Assembly: GCF_000621645.1 (NCBI RefSeq)
Contig: NZ_JHXR01000014.1
Span: 30,001 to 62,000, forward strand
Source of the DNA: Vibrio cholerae ATCC 14035
GTDB lineage: Bacteria; Pseudomonadota; Gammaproteobacteria; Enterobacterales; Vibrionaceae
Direction of reading: 5' to 3'
DNA length: 32,000 nt
Shown here: piece after piece, positions 1 to 8,820 of the stretch
Numbering within the stretch: position 1 is the first letter of the stretch
How the letters are laid out: each line of letters starts with the position of its first letter
Position numbers and translations under genes: made by a program
Notes under the pieces: generated by a model
Told to the model about the DNA's origin: nothing
The model's database searches: none
What the model saw: the letters and a program-made list of their open reading frames with translations, nothing else

Positions 1-1013
1 TCGAACTTAAAGCCAACAAAGAGCGTATGTTGGCTGATCTCTATCAGCGTATGGAAACCATGCGTAATATGGATAAGGTCACTGAAGCGGGGGATGAAGC
101 GATCGTCGGCCGACTTTGGGATATGGCGGCGGCGAAATTGAGCCGCAATGACCTCACGGTCATGAAGCGTTACGCGGAGTTTCTCAAAAAACACAAAGGC
201 ATGCAGGAAATCGCCGAGCAGCTCGGGCGAATGGCTGGACAGGTTGACGATCCGGACCTAAATCGTGCGCCCGCTGAAGAGATGCAAATGGTCGAAGAGC
301 GTTCAGATGAAGCGACCGATGACATTGTGGGTATCCACGAAAGTGACGATTTGAATAAGCTACTGCCCAACGAAACCATGTTTTTAGCTTATCCAGAGCT
401 GGAAGTGGTGTTTTATAAGCACTTGGTCGATAAACGGTTAATGAACTATCGCATGCAGGGGAAATCACGCACTCTGCGTAAGGTGCGTGCCCATCGTCCT
501 GACAACAAACAGGTTGATATCGAAAAAGGGCCGTTCATTCTCTGTATTGATGCCTCAGGATCCATGAGTGGTTTTCCCGAGCAGTGTGCCAAAGCCATGG
601 CTTACGCGCTGATGCAAATTGCGTTGGCAGAAGATCGTGATTGTTATGTGATGCTGTTTTCTTCCGAGTTCATTACCTACGAATTGACTCGCCAAGATGG
701 GCTGCGCGAAGCGAGTGATTTCTTAAGTTATTCGTTTCATGGCGGTACAGATTTTGAGCCCGTGATCCTCAAATCGATTGAACTCATGAGCAGTGATAAG
801 TATCGCAATGGCGATTTGGTTGTGATGTCCGATTTCATTGCACCCAAACAAAGTGACGAACTGCTGGCGCAAGTGGCGGAACTTAAAACGCGCAAAAACC
901 GTTTTCATGCCATAAGCCTATCAAAATACGGCAACCCGCAGTTGATGAGTATGTTTGATCACTGCTGGAGCTATCATCCGAGCTTGGTTGGGCGGCTAAT
1001 GAAGAAGTGGTAA
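1..1013 (+). CDS. viaA: VWA-domain protein ViaA/YieM (partial; N-terminus lies upstream of the window)
   Basis: The frame of the 27..1013 ORF stays open back to nt 3 (ELKANKER precedes the first Met), so the gene is 5'-truncated by the window edge. A MIDAS-type DxSxS motif occurs in ILCIDASGSMSG (gat gcc tca gga tcc, nt 549-563). The sequence is colinear, from memory, with the C-terminal half of E. coli ViaA (FxEQCAKA..., RFHA..., FDHxW... blocks). Confidence 0.8.
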   Translation, partial: ELKANKERMLADLYQRMETMRNMDKVTEAGDEAIVGRLWDMAAAKLSRNDLTVMKRYAEFLKKHKGMQEIAEQLGRMAGQVDDPDLNRAPAEEMQMVEERSDEATDDIVGIHESDDLNKLLPNETMFLAYPELEVVFYKHLVDKRLMNYRMQGKSRTLRKVRAHRPDNKQVDIEKGPFILCIDASGSMSGFPEQCAKAMAYALMQIALAEDRDCYVMLFSSEFITYELTRQDGLREASDFLSYSFHGGTDFEPVILKSIELMSSDKYRNGDLVVMSDFIAPKQSDELLAQVAELKTRKNRFHAISLSKYGNPQLMSMFDHCWSYHPSLVGRLMKKW

Positions 1014-1165
1014 CTTGAATGCTTCATACCCAACGACGGGAAGTAGCAGGTCGTCAACGCCACTGCTGCTTCAAATCAGAAGAGAATAGGTTGGTTTGCT
1101 TGCGGCGGTCAGTTGAGCAGATTGCGCTAAATCTCAGCAAACGATCCGGCATTTCATTTTTTTGT

Positions 1166-1193
1166 TTGACTCAGTTCGCATAATCCGTAAAGT
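1166..1193 (+). promoter_or_regulatory. Putative sigma70 promoter of tRNA-Cys copy 1 (TTGACT-16 nt-TAAAGT)
   Basis: TTGACT lies at 1166-1171 and TAAAGT at 1188-1193, with a 16-nt spacer. A GC-rich discriminator (acGCAGCGC) follows, about 40 nt upstream of the tRNA. The core AATCCGT(T)AAAGTAC recurs at the tRNA-Leu promoter (6271-6286). Confidence 0.45.
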
Positions 1194-1236
1194 ACGCAGC
1201 GCAAGCAACGAAGCAAATCCTTCGTTTGACTTCAGA

Positions 1237-1310
1237 GGCGCGTTGGCAGAGTGGCCATGCAGCGGATTGCAAATCCGTGAACCTCGGTTCGACTCCGGGA
1301 CGCGCCTCCA
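1237..1310 (+). tRNA. tRNA-Cys (anticodon GCA)
   Basis: 74 nt. Acceptor stem is GGCGCGT/ACGCGCC with an encoded 3' TCCA. The anticodon arm GCGGA-TTGCAAA-TCCGT gives a loop of T T GCA A A. The T arm is CTCGG-TTCGACT-CCGGG. Confidence 0.95.
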
Positions 1311-1333
1311 TTTCTTTTGAAGTCATCGCTTAA

Positions 1334-1357
1334 GCCAGCCAAGTGCTGGTTTTTTTG
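1334..1357 (+). terminator. Rho-independent terminator after tRNA-Cys
   Basis: Stem CCAGC (1335-1339) pairs with GCTGG (1345-1349) around loop CAAGT. A run of seven T follows at 1350-1356. Confidence 0.65.
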
Positions 1358-1605
1358 TGTCTGCGTTTCTTCAATCGAGTCCCCACTCTATATTCTATTT
1401 ATATCTCATCGCTCCCTACTGAGTATTTCCGGTTTACTTATCACGCTTTATGCATTTGGTTGTGGTTTAACCAGTCGTTTTTGCTATTCTTATGACGTTT
1501 TTTTATACAAATAGTCTGTGGTTTTGGTTTTTATACATTTTTATTGCATAAAAATACGTTCGTAGTAGTATGAACGCCAGATGATAATTAATGCAGTATG
1601 TCCGC

Positions 1606-2334
1606 ATGAGTATTCGAGTTAAAGGAATTAACAAGTCTTATGGCACCACTCAGGTGCTGCACGACATCCACTTTGAATGTGCGAGTGGTGAAACTTTGGT
1701 GTTACTTGGCCCTAGTGGCGCGGGTAAAAGCTCACTGCTGCGTGTGCTCAATCTTCTTGAAACTGCCGATAACGGTCAACTGCATATCGCCAATCAATCG
1801 TTTGATTTCTCAACGCATCCGACTGAACAGCAAGGCTTAGCGCTACGTCGCAAAGTGGGCATGGTGTTTCAGCAATACCATTTATGGCCGCATATGACCG
1901 TGCTGGAAAATCTGGTGGAAGCCCCCGTGAAAGTCGCAGGTATGGCGAAATCGCAAGCCAAACAGCAAGCCATCGAGATCCTGAAAACGTTGCAACTGGC
2001 AGATAAAGCCGATGCGTGGCCGCTACAACTCTCGGGTGGCCAGCAGCAGCGAGTGGCGATTGCGCGTGCACTGATGATGAAGCCGGATGTACTGCTGTTT
2101 GATGAGCCGACAGCGGCTCTGGATCCTGAGATCACCAATCAAGTTGTGAAAATTATCAAAGAGTTAAGTGGCACAGGGATCACGCAAGTGGTGGTGACTC
2201 ATGAAGTCGACTTTGCCAAGAAAATCGCCAGCCATGTGCTCTACCTCGAAAAAGGGCGCATTGTTGAACACGGCACGCACGCCTCCTTTACCCATCCGCA
2301 GACTCAGCAGTTTGCCGATTACTTAAAACATTAA
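1606..2334 (+). CDS. artP: Arginine ABC transporter ATP-binding protein ArtP
   Basis: The 1591..2334 ORF is present; I prefer the internal Met at 1606 ([13 protein letters not shown]), which aligns with the E. coli ArtP N-terminus (MSIQLNGINCFYG). Motifs present are Walker A GPSGAGKS, signature LSGGQQQR and Walker [12 protein letters not shown]. The sequence is near-colinear with E. coli ArtP from memory. Confidence 0.92.
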   Translation: MSIRVKGINKSYGTTQVLHDIHFECASGETLVLLGPSGAGKSSLLRVLNLLETADNGQLHIANQSFDFSTHPTEQQGLALRRKVGMVFQQYHLWPHMTVLENLVEAPVKVAGMAKSQAKQQAIEILKTLQLADKADAWPLQLSGGQQQRVAIARALMMKPDVLLFDEPTAALDPEITNQVVKIIKELSGTGITQVVVTHEVDFAKKIASHVLYLEKGRIVEHGTHASFTHPQTQQFADYLKH

Positions 2335-2407
2335 GAAGTTACTGATATTAGCCCACAGATTCTGGCCAGTGATGCGCCAGATTTCGCAGAACACATGGAG
2401 TATTGCA

Positions 2408-3139
2408 ATGAAAAAGATCCTACTCGCGTCTTTGATTGGTTTGGTTTCTGCTAGCGCAGCTGCGCAACAAGAGATCAAGTTTGTGATGGAAGCGACTTAC
2501 GCGCCGTTCGAATACATGGATGAGAACAACCAAATCCAAGGTTTTGATGTGGATTTAGCCAATGCGCTGTGTAAGCAACTTGAAGCGAAATGTAGCTTCC
2601 ACAACCAAGCGTTTGACAGCTTGATCCCAGCACTGAAATTCAAACGTTATGATGCCGCCATTTCGGCAATGGACATCACCGAAGCGCGTTTAGAGCAGGT
2701 AAATTTCTCCAATCCGTACTACGACAACTCAGCCGCCTTCGTTTCTCTGGCGGGCAAAGTGGCGGATCAAGCGGCGCTGAAAGGCAAACGTGTTGGTGTG
2801 CAAAATGGCTCGACTCACCAAAGTTTCCTACTTGAGCAACTGTCGGACGTGGTCGCGGTGCCATACTCAAGCTACCAAGATGCGTTCATCGATATGAAAA
2901 ATGGCCGTATTGATTCGGTATTCGGTGACACGGCCGTTGTCGCGGAGTGGTTTAAGGGGGATAACAACCTCGCTTACGTCGGTGAGCGTGTCACGAATGC
3001 ACAGTACTTCGGTAATGGCTTTGGTATTGCGGTGAATAAAGATAACCAAGCGCTGCTTGATCAACTTAACGCAGCGTTGGAAGCCGTGAAAGAAAATGGC
3101 GAATACGCCGCGATCTTCAATAAGTACTTCGGAAACTAA
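2408..3139 (+). CDS. artI: Arginine-binding periplasmic protein (ArtI/ArtJ type, family-3 SBP)
   Basis: The ORF spans 2369..3139. Met at 2408 (MKKILLASLIGLVSASAAAQ) starts a signal peptide and is preceded by GGAG about 9 nt upstream. It holds the second position of an artPIQM-ordered operon and has a polar-amino-acid-binding fold signature (ATYAPFEY..., GFDVDL...). Confidence 0.88.
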   Translation: MKKILLASLIGLVSASAAAQQEIKFVMEATYAPFEYMDENNQIQGFDVDLANALCKQLEAKCSFHNQAFDSLIPALKFKRYDAAISAMDITEARLEQVNFSNPYYDNSAAFVSLAGKVADQAALKGKRVGVQNGSTHQSFLLEQLSDVVAVPYSSYQDAFIDMKNGRIDSVFGDTAVVAEWFKGDNNLAYVGERVTNAQYFGNGFGIAVNKDNQALLDQLNAALEAVKENGEYAAIFNKYFGN

Positions 3140-3140
3140 G

Positions 3141-3830
3141 ATGGTGTTAACGGGCTACTCTTTATCACTGGTACAAGCAAGCTGGATGACGCTACAAATT
3201 GCGTTGGCCAGCTTGCTGGTCGGTTTACTGTTGGCACTGGTGTTTGCTGGCGGTGAAATGGCAAAACTGAAATTGATCAAATGGCCAACCACCTTGTTGG
3301 TCACCGTGATCCGCGGTTTGCCTGAGCTTTTGGTGGTGCTGTTTATCTACTTTGGCTCGACCCAAGTGCTGTTTTTCATCACTGGTGAATTTATTGAGAT
3401 CAGCCCGTTTATCTCTGGTGTGATTGCGCTCTCGCTGATTTTTGCTTCGTACGCTTCGCAGACGTTGCGCGGTGCACTCAAAGCCGTGGGCAGAGGACAG
3501 CGTGAAGCGGCCAGCGCGTTAGGGATTCCGCCTAGCCATGCATTTATTCGTATTGTGCTGCCGCAAGCGGTACGCCACGCACTTCCCGGTTTAATGAACC
3601 AATGGCTAGTATTACTTAAAGATACGGCGTTAGTTTCTTTGATTGGGGTGACGGATCTACTGAAACAAGCGCAGCTCACTTCCGCGGCCACCCATGAAGC
3701 CTTTACGTGGTATGCAACAGCGGCGGTGGTGTATCTGGTGATCACATTGATCACACAACGCGTCGTAAAAGTCATAGATAACAAGTTTTCGATACAAGGC
3801 ATGAGCCATAGCCAAGGAGCCAGTGCATGA
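3141..3830 (+). CDS. artQ: Arginine ABC transporter permease ArtQ
   Basis: The ORF spans 3096..3830. ATG at 3141 lies 1 nt after the artI stop (taa 3137-3139), and the upstream part of the ORF overlaps artI. The sequence is colinear with E. coli ArtQ (ILRGLPE..VVLFIYFGS, ASQTLRGALKAV, NQWLVLLKDTALVSLI). Confidence 0.9.
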   Translation: MVLTGYSLSLVQASWMTLQIALASLLVGLLLALVFAGGEMAKLKLIKWPTTLLVTVIRGLPELLVVLFIYFGSTQVLFFITGEFIEISPFISGVIALSLIFASYASQTLRGALKAVGRGQREAASALGIPPSHAFIRIVLPQAVRHALPGLMNQWLVLLKDTALVSLIGVTDLLKQAQLTSAATHEAFTWYATAAVVYLVITLITQRVVKVIDNKFSIQGMSHSQGASA

Positions 3831-4495
3831 AAGAGCAACACCTATGGCAACTGCTTGAAGGCTTAGGCACCAGTTTGCAACTGACGGCAGCTTCGCTGCT
3901 GGTGGGTTGCATATTGTCACTCTTGATGACCGTAAGCTTAGTGATGCGCACGCCCGTCGTGCATTGGTTTAGCCGTGCGGTGATCACCTTGTTTACCGGC
4001 ACTCCGCTGCTGGTGCAAATTTTCTTGGTGTATTACGGCCCTGGACAGTTTGAATGGATCCGCGAAAGCGTACTTTGGGTATGGCTCAGCCAACCTTGGT
4101 TTTGCGCTATGCTGGCTTTGGCGCTCAACACTGCGGCGTACAGCACGCAACTGTTTAAAGGCGCATTTAACGCCATTCCTAGCGGACAGTGGCAAGCGTG
4201 CCGCGCGTTAGGCATGAATAAAATCGCTACGCTGCGAGTACTGCTGCCTTATGCATTACGCAGAGCTGTGCCTGCTTATTCCAACGAAGTGATTCTTGTC
4301 TTTAAAGGCACTTCGCTGGCCAGCACGATCACCATTATGGATTTGATGGGCTACGCGCAGCGCATCAACGCCCAAACCTACGATACGTTGACAGTCTTTG
4401 GGATTGCCGGGGCATTTTACCTTGCAGTGAACGGCATTCTGACCCTGATCTTCCGCCAAATCGAGAAAAAAGCGTTAGCGTTTGAGGCGTATTAG
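3827..4495 (+). CDS. artM: Arginine ABC transporter permease ArtM
   Basis: There is a 4-nt ATGA overlap with artQ (translational coupling). The sequence is colinear with E. coli ArtM (TLFTGTPLLVQIFL.YYGPGQF, EGQWQ-type loop, YSNEV.LVFK.TSLA). Confidence 0.9.
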   Translation: MKEQHLWQLLEGLGTSLQLTAASLLVGCILSLLMTVSLVMRTPVVHWFSRAVITLFTGTPLLVQIFLVYYGPGQFEWIRESVLWVWLSQPWFCAMLALALNTAAYSTQLFKGAFNAIPSGQWQACRALGMNKIATLRVLLPYALRRAVPAYSNEVILVFKGTSLASTITIMDLMGYAQRINAQTYDTLTVFGIAGAFYLAVNGILTLIFRQIEKKALAFEAY

Positions 4496-4547
4496 GCTCA
4501 CTCGCCAGTTCACGCCTCTGGCTTAATTATTGATTCACATCACATCA

Positions 4548-5453
4548 TCAGGGTTGCGTATAGTGCGCAACCCACTCTTTTAATTGCTGGCTGACGTCGG
4601 CAAAACGCTGCGGCAAATCGCGCTGCCTTTTCTTAACCAAATACAGCGTTTCCGTTACCGGAGCTGGGTTTTCAAAAACGCTGATCTGCTCGCGTAACGG
4701 GAAGTTTTCCACGGCAGATTTGGGCAAAACGGTAAACCCCAAGCCTTTCGCGACAGGCAACAAAATTTGCTGAATTTGGTTCACATAGCCCGATCGAGGA
4801 AAACTTTCGCTATTCAGCACCGTTAATGTAAGGTTGGTACTTTTGGCGAGATAGAGCGAAAAATAGTGATCGATATCAGGGTGCCCAATAAGTCCTAGCT
4901 GAAGTAGGTGATCTGCGAGTTGGTCAGGCTCTGTTGGGTGATCATGAGGTAGAACAAGGTATAGCGGCTCTTCCCCTAACACCTCACTTTCAAATACACC
5001 TTGGCTGGGTTGTGAGGTCACAATCCCTACATCAACATCTCCCTCTTTGATGGCTTTAAGAATCGTGTGATTGGGTGCCGCTTCAAGCTCGATGCACAGC
5101 TTAGGATGCAGCTGTTGTAGCGCTAACAGTGGAGGGTAAATCACCAGCGAGAGCGAGCCAGAGCACGCAATTCGATAACGGCCAGCAAACGGCTCAGTTT
5201 CGTGGATCTGTTCTAAGAGCCTGCGCTCGTTTTTTGCAAGTTGTGTGGCGTATTCATACACCATGCGTCCCTGGTCGGTGAGTTCAAAACTTTTGTTGAT
5301 ACGATGAATGAGCGGATGTTGACACGCCTCTTCTAACTTTCGGATGTGTTGACTCACGCCCGGCTGAGTCATAAACAGCTTTTCGGCGGTTTTAGTAAAG
5401 TGACCAGTATCGACCAAGGTTTTGAATGTCTGTAGCCAGATTGGGTTGAGCAT
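4548..5453 (-). CDS. LysR-family transcriptional regulator
   Basis: The ORF spans 4548..5513. I prefer Met at 5453 (MLNPIWLQTFKTLVDTGHFTKTAEKLFMTQPGVSQHIRKLE), which places the canonical LTTR wHTH at the N-terminus. The gene is divergent from the VOC gene. Confidence 0.85.
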   Translation of the reverse strand: MLNPIWLQTFKTLVDTGHFTKTAEKLFMTQPGVSQHIRKLEEACQHPLIHRINKSFELTDQGRMVYEYATQLAKNERRLLEQIHETEPFAGRYRIACSGSLSLVIYPPLLALQQLHPKLCIELEAAPNHTILKAIKEGDVDVGIVTSQPSQGVFESEVLGEEPLYLVLPHDHPTEPDQLADHLLQLGLIGHPDIDHYFSLYLAKSTNLTLTVLNSESFPRSGYVNQIQQILLPVAKGLGFTVLPKSAVENFPLREQISVFENPAPVTETLYLVKKRQRDLPQRFADVSQQLKEWVAHYTQP

Positions 5454-5486
5454 GATTTTTGATAACAAATTATTATTGAAACAATG

Positions 5487-5504
5487 ATAAACGATAATTT
5501 TTAT
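5487..5504. promoter_or_regulatory. Possible LTTR box (ATAAA-N8-TTTAT dyad) in the lysR/VOC divergent intergenic region
   Basis: The dyad ATAAAcgataattTTTAT fits the loose T-N11-A pattern. It lies 34 nt upstream of the LysR start and 124 nt upstream of the VOC start. Function is inferred only from position and symmetry. Confidence 0.3.
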
Positions 5505-5627
5505 TCTGTTCAACGCCGATTTATTCTTTCGATACCAAAGCTACTTGAAGTTACAGCCCACACCTTTGCTGCTTCAAGTAGGCCGTGTACATCTACTTTT
5601 GTTTTGAATCGTAAAGAGAGAATCATA

Positions 5628-6128
5628 ATGAGCACATACCCACGTTCGTTTTCCCATATTGGAATTTCAGTACCGGATTTAGAAGCAGCGGTGAAGTTCT
5701 ATACCGAAGTCCTTGGCTGGTATCTGATTATGCCGCCGACTGACATTGTGGAAGATGACTCCGCGATTGGTGAAATGTGTACTGATGTGTTTGGTCAAGG
5801 GTGGGAGCGATTTCGTATTGCGCATCTCTCAACCGGAGATCGCATTGGCGTAGAGCTGTTTGAGTTTAAAAACCAACAAAATCCTGAGAACAATTTTGAA
5901 TATTGGAAAACCGGGATTTTCCATTTCTGTGTGCAAGATCCTGATGTCGAAGGGCTCGCGGAGAAAATCGTCGCCGCAGGTGGCAAAAAGCGTATGTCAG
6001 CGCCACGTTTCTACTTTCCCGGTGAAAAACCGTACCGCATGATTTATATGGAAGATCCGTTTGGCAATATTTTGGAAATTTATAGCCATAGTTATGAGCT
6101 GCATTATGCTGCCGGAGCCTATGCATAA
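5628..6128 (+). CDS. VOC-family (glyoxalase/bleomycin-resistance/dioxygenase fold) protein
   Basis: The ORF spans 5484..6128. Met at 5628 is preceded by AAAGAGAG. The N-terminus FSHIGISVPDLEAAVKFYTEVLGW is the typical first beta-alpha-beta-beta-beta module of VOC proteins. Confidence 0.8.
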   Translation: MSTYPRSFSHIGISVPDLEAAVKFYTEVLGWYLIMPPTDIVEDDSAIGEMCTDVFGQGWERFRIAHLSTGDRIGVELFEFKNQQNPENNFEYWKTGIFHFCVQDPDVEGLAEKIVAAGGKKRMSAPRFYFPGEKPYRMIYMEDPFGNILEIYSHSYELHYAAGAYA

Positions 6129-6255
6129 TTCATTTTTTGAGGAGCTTGGTGAACTCAAGCTCCTTGATACTGCTTGTAAAAACATCGGCTTGAGTGCATT
6201 TTGCTCCCTGTGGCTGAAATCTTGCGCAGTCAGACTTGATTGCTGAAATTTTTTA

Positions 6256-6283
6256 TTGACCAGAAATCTCAATCCGTTAAAGT
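6256..6283 (+). promoter_or_regulatory. Putative sigma70 promoter of the tRNA-Leu/tRNA-Cys pair (TTGACC-16 nt-TAAAGT) with an upstream A/T tract
   Basis: TTGACC lies at 6256-6261 and TAAAGT at 6278-6283, with a 16-nt spacer. An AT-rich UP-like tract gaaattttttat lies immediately upstream. The architecture matches the promoter at 1166-1193. Confidence 0.45.
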
Positions 6284-6345
6284 ACACCTCGTTCTCACGG
6301 CAAAGCTCGTTAGAACAGATGGTGTCTTCCATCGCAGTATGCGTT

Positions 6346-6432
6346 GCCCTGGTGGTGAAATCGGTAGACACAAGGGATTTAAAATCCCTCGACTTTCGAG
6401 TCGTGCCGGTTCAAGTCCGGCCCGGGGCACCA
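6346..6432 (+). tRNA. tRNA-Leu (anticodon TAA)
   Basis: 87 nt with a long variable arm. Acceptor stem is GCCCTGG/CCGGGGC followed by ACCA. The anticodon arm AGGGA-TTTAAAA-TCCCT gives loop T T TAA A A. The T arm is GCCGG-TTCAAGT-CCGGC. Confidence 0.93.
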
Positions 6433-6456
6433 TCATCCTCAAAGACACATCACTTA

Positions 6457-6530
6457 GGCGCGTTGGCAGAGTGGCCATGCAGCGGATTGCAAATCCGTGA
6501 ACCTCGGTTCGACTCCGGGACGCGCCTCCA
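6457..6530 (+). tRNA. tRNA-Cys (anticodon GCA), second identical copy
   Basis: The 74 nt are identical to 1237..1310. It lies 24 nt downstream of tRNA-Leu. Confidence 0.95.
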
Positions 6531-6562
6531 TTATTTTCTCTCTTGTTGATACAAAACTCTTT

Positions 6563-7393
6563 CTAGCGTTCATCAAAAAAATCTTTATTGCGGATGTATT
6601 TACTCATCAAGTGATAAGAGAACGGTCGAATTAACCAACTGATGATCGAACGTCCTAAACGCTCCCATGTTGGTGTATTTTCGTAAATTCTGCCGTTGTA
6701 CAGCCAGAGTAGTTTTCCGGCATGCCAGTACAGAAATGGCACGGGCGGCATGAAGGTTACGATGTCCAGATCGCAGCAGATGCGATAGGTTTTATGAGCC
6801 AGCCCATAGTATTTCGGAAAGCGCCAATCCCCGATCGCAGGTTGACCAAAAGTGACGACTCGCTTGATCGTGCGTGGATATTTTCGCTCAAAATAGTCCG
6901 CAAACACGCAGCCAATCGCGCCGCCGGAAGAATGCCCAGTGATTGCAATGCGTTTGCCTTGTTCAATCAGCGGCAGTAGGGTCTGTTCCAGTTTTTCAAT
7001 CACCGTCATGCCAAGCGTATCTTGGTTGCGGCTCGGTTGGCTCTCTTGATGCAGTAAGTGATAAAAGCCGGCATGAATGCGGTATTGCAGCCCTAAATGG
7101 CGGCAACTGCGTGTCCAAACCGCGAAGTTGAGTAACCAGTCGGTGAGGCTGTGTGAGCCTTTAATCACAACGACTACCTCATCGCTCGCTCGGCTCCACA
7201 ATACTCGGATCATGATTTTGCCAAACTGATTGGTGATCACACGCTGTCCGTTAGGATCAAATCCGTAACGAGTCTGCTTAAAAATGCGCGGATAAGCGAG
7301 GTTGCACAAAACGGCGTAGCGTTCGTATTGGTAGCGTTTGAGTGGTTTCACAGTGACATCAATGATTCGGTTTATGATGACTGTATGGGGCAA
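6563..7393 (-). CDS. Class-3 lipase family (alpha/beta hydrolase) protein
   Basis: A 276-aa ORF with a nucleophile elbow GHSSGGA (ITGHSSGGAIG), as in the GHSLGGA of class-3 lipases. The start is uncertain: a TTG at 7393 with no obvious SD. Confidence 0.7.
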   Translation of the reverse strand: MPHTVIINRIIDVTVKPLKRYQYERYAVLCNLAYPRIFKQTRYGFDPNGQRVITNQFGKIMIRVLWSRASDEVVVVIKGSHSLTDWLLNFAVWTRSCRHLGLQYRIHAGFYHLLHQESQPSRNQDTLGMTVIEKLEQTLLPLIEQGKRIAITGHSSGGAIGCVFADYFERKYPRTIKRVVTFGQPAIGDWRFPKYYGLAHKTYRICCDLDIVTFMPPVPFLYWHAGKLLWLYNGRIYENTPTWERLGRSIISWLIRPFSYHLMSKYIRNKDFFDER

Positions 7394-7420
7394 ATATGAA
7401 GCTTAGATTAAGCTTGGGTC

Positions 7421-7466
7421 GGAAAAGCAAGTTTCTCTCCCTCACGCTGAGTGATAGAAACTTGCT
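7421..7466 (-). terminator. Hairpin downstream of the MFS gene (possible terminator)
   Basis: An 11-bp stem, AGCAAGTTTCT (7426-7436) pairing with AGAAACTTGCT (7456-7466), has a 19-nt loop. On the minus strand it is followed by TTTCC. The large loop and short U tract make it weak. Confidence 0.35.
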
Positions 7467-7477
7467 CTAAAAGAAGG

Positions 7478-8632
7478 TTACTCGCCCGCCACCCATTGGC
7501 GTTTGGTTTTGACGCTTTTGATCAGCATATACAAACAAGTCGCGAGTAGGATGGCAAACAAGTAAGCCATCAAGCCGTGGCGATCTTGCATAAACCAATC
7601 GGCCAATACTGGACCAACCACCGAGCCTACGCTGTAGCTGAGCAGCATCACTTGGGTTGCGGAAACAATGTAGCTCGCATCCAATTTGTCGCAGCCTAAA
7701 TTAATCGCGATTGGGTAGAGGGCGAAGGTCGCCATGCCTAAAATAAATAGGCTAACGCCCAGTACGAGCAGCGAATCATCGAACACGGTCAGCGCGATGG
7801 CTGCTGTGCCAAGTAAGCAGAACAGCGCCATCTGCAGAGTGCGGCCTAAAAATTTAGACAGCCAAGGCACCAGAGGTTGAACCGCCATGCCGCCCAAAAT
7901 CACCAGCGCCATTAAGTTACCCAGATCGGTGTGGCTAATGCCACGGTTGGCAAGTTCCACCGGCATCAAACCGTAAATTGCTCCTAATGTCAGGCCCGAA
8001 ACGAGGCAGCCGATCATCGCCGCTTTACTGAGCTTGAAAATCTGACGCAACGAAAGTGAGCTAGCTTGTTGTGTGGAAGGCTGATCCGAATCTACGTACA
8101 TCAGCACCATGGAAGCAATCAAAAGTAGTGTGGTGATCGCAATAAAAGGCACGGCACCTGCCACACCCAGTTGGCCAATTGCCATTTGTCCGAGTGCAGT
8201 ACCGCCATAGAGTGACACCATGTAAATGCCAAGACGCTTAGCGCGACCTTGTTCATCGCCATGCAGTAACCAAGATTCCACCACCACAAAAATACCGGCC
8301 ACGGCGATACCTGCGACCAAACGTGCCAAAAGCCAAACACTGGCGTAGGGCAATAGCGGCATAACCACAATCGACAGTTGCAGTAAGCTCAAGCACCATA
8401 CAAAGGCTTTACGGTGGCCTAAACGATTAACGAAAGGCTCTGCAACCAGCGCGCCCGCTAATAATCCGGCATAAAAAACGCTTGCCAGCCAACTGGCCAA
8501 ATCAGACTCGAGTTGGTAATGCGGCAGCATTAAAGGCACTAGGCTCATTAAGTAGCCTGCGGCAATCGCATACAGAGTTAACGCAATAACAGGCACCGCA
8601 ATGCGGTTTGGTGCAGAAGAATGGATTTCCAC
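7478..8632 (-). CDS. MFS transporter (12-TM type)
   Basis: A 384-aa, highly hydrophobic ORF with about 12 predicted helices and MFS-like loop motifs (e.g. NRLGHRK between TM2 and TM3). The start at 8632 is GTG. Confidence 0.85.
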   Translation of the reverse strand: MEIHSSAPNRIAVPVIALTLYAIAAGYLMSLVPLMLPHYQLESDLASWLASVFYAGLLAGALVAEPFVNRLGHRKAFVWCLSLLQLSIVVMPLLPYASVWLLARLVAGIAVAGIFVVVESWLLHGDEQGRAKRLGIYMVSLYGGTALGQMAIGQLGVAGAVPFIAITTLLLIASMVLMYVDSDQPSTQQASSLSLRQIFKLSKAAMIGCLVSGLTLGAIYGLMPVELANRGISHTDLGNLMALVILGGMAVQPLVPWLSKFLGRTLQMALFCLLGTAAIALTVFDDSLLVLGVSLFILGMATFALYPIAINLGCDKLDASYIVSATQVMLLSYSVGSVVGPVLADWFMQDRHGLMAYLFAILLATCLYMLIKSVKTKRQWVAGE

Positions 8633-8763
8633 AGCAGGCCTCGGGAACAGCAGAAGGAACAGTTGGCGCGAATATGAGACGAATAGTGCGCAGAGTAAAA
8701 CGAAAAAAAGCGTTCTTGACGATAAACTTTGCTTGTTGAAGAAAAGGGCGGGGAAAGTGCCAG

Positions 8764-8800
8764 TTAAGTTGGCATAATTTTATCGAAAATGCCAACTTAA
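8764..8800 (-). terminator. Hairpin downstream of trxC (possible terminator)
   Basis: A 12-bp perfect stem, TTAAGTTGGCAT (8764-8775) pairing with ATGCCAACTTAA (8789-8800), has a 13-nt loop and lies 21 nt after the trxC stop. No clean U tract follows. Confidence 0.4.
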
Positions 8801-8820
8801 TTGTCGATCGCCAGATGCGA

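Noticed and set aside
1317-1514. 65-aa ORF between tRNA-Cys and artP
   Set aside because: It starts inside the tRNA terminator hairpin, has low-complexity Cys/Phe/Ser-rich composition, and has no SD. The region is better explained as terminator plus artP promoter.
1543-1560. ArgR ARG box upstream of artP (ATTGCATAAAAATACGTT)
   Set aside because: Only about 7 of 10 core positions match wnTGAATwwwwATTCAnw, and I could not find the expected second box about 21 nt away. This is insufficient without a PWM scan.
6240-6549. Track ORFs 6240..6500(+), 6256..6549(+) and 6269..6478(-)
   Set aside because: They are translations straight across tRNA-Leu and tRNA-Cys. The peptide GALAEWPCSGLQIREPRFDSGTRLH is the tRNA-Cys sequence read as protein.
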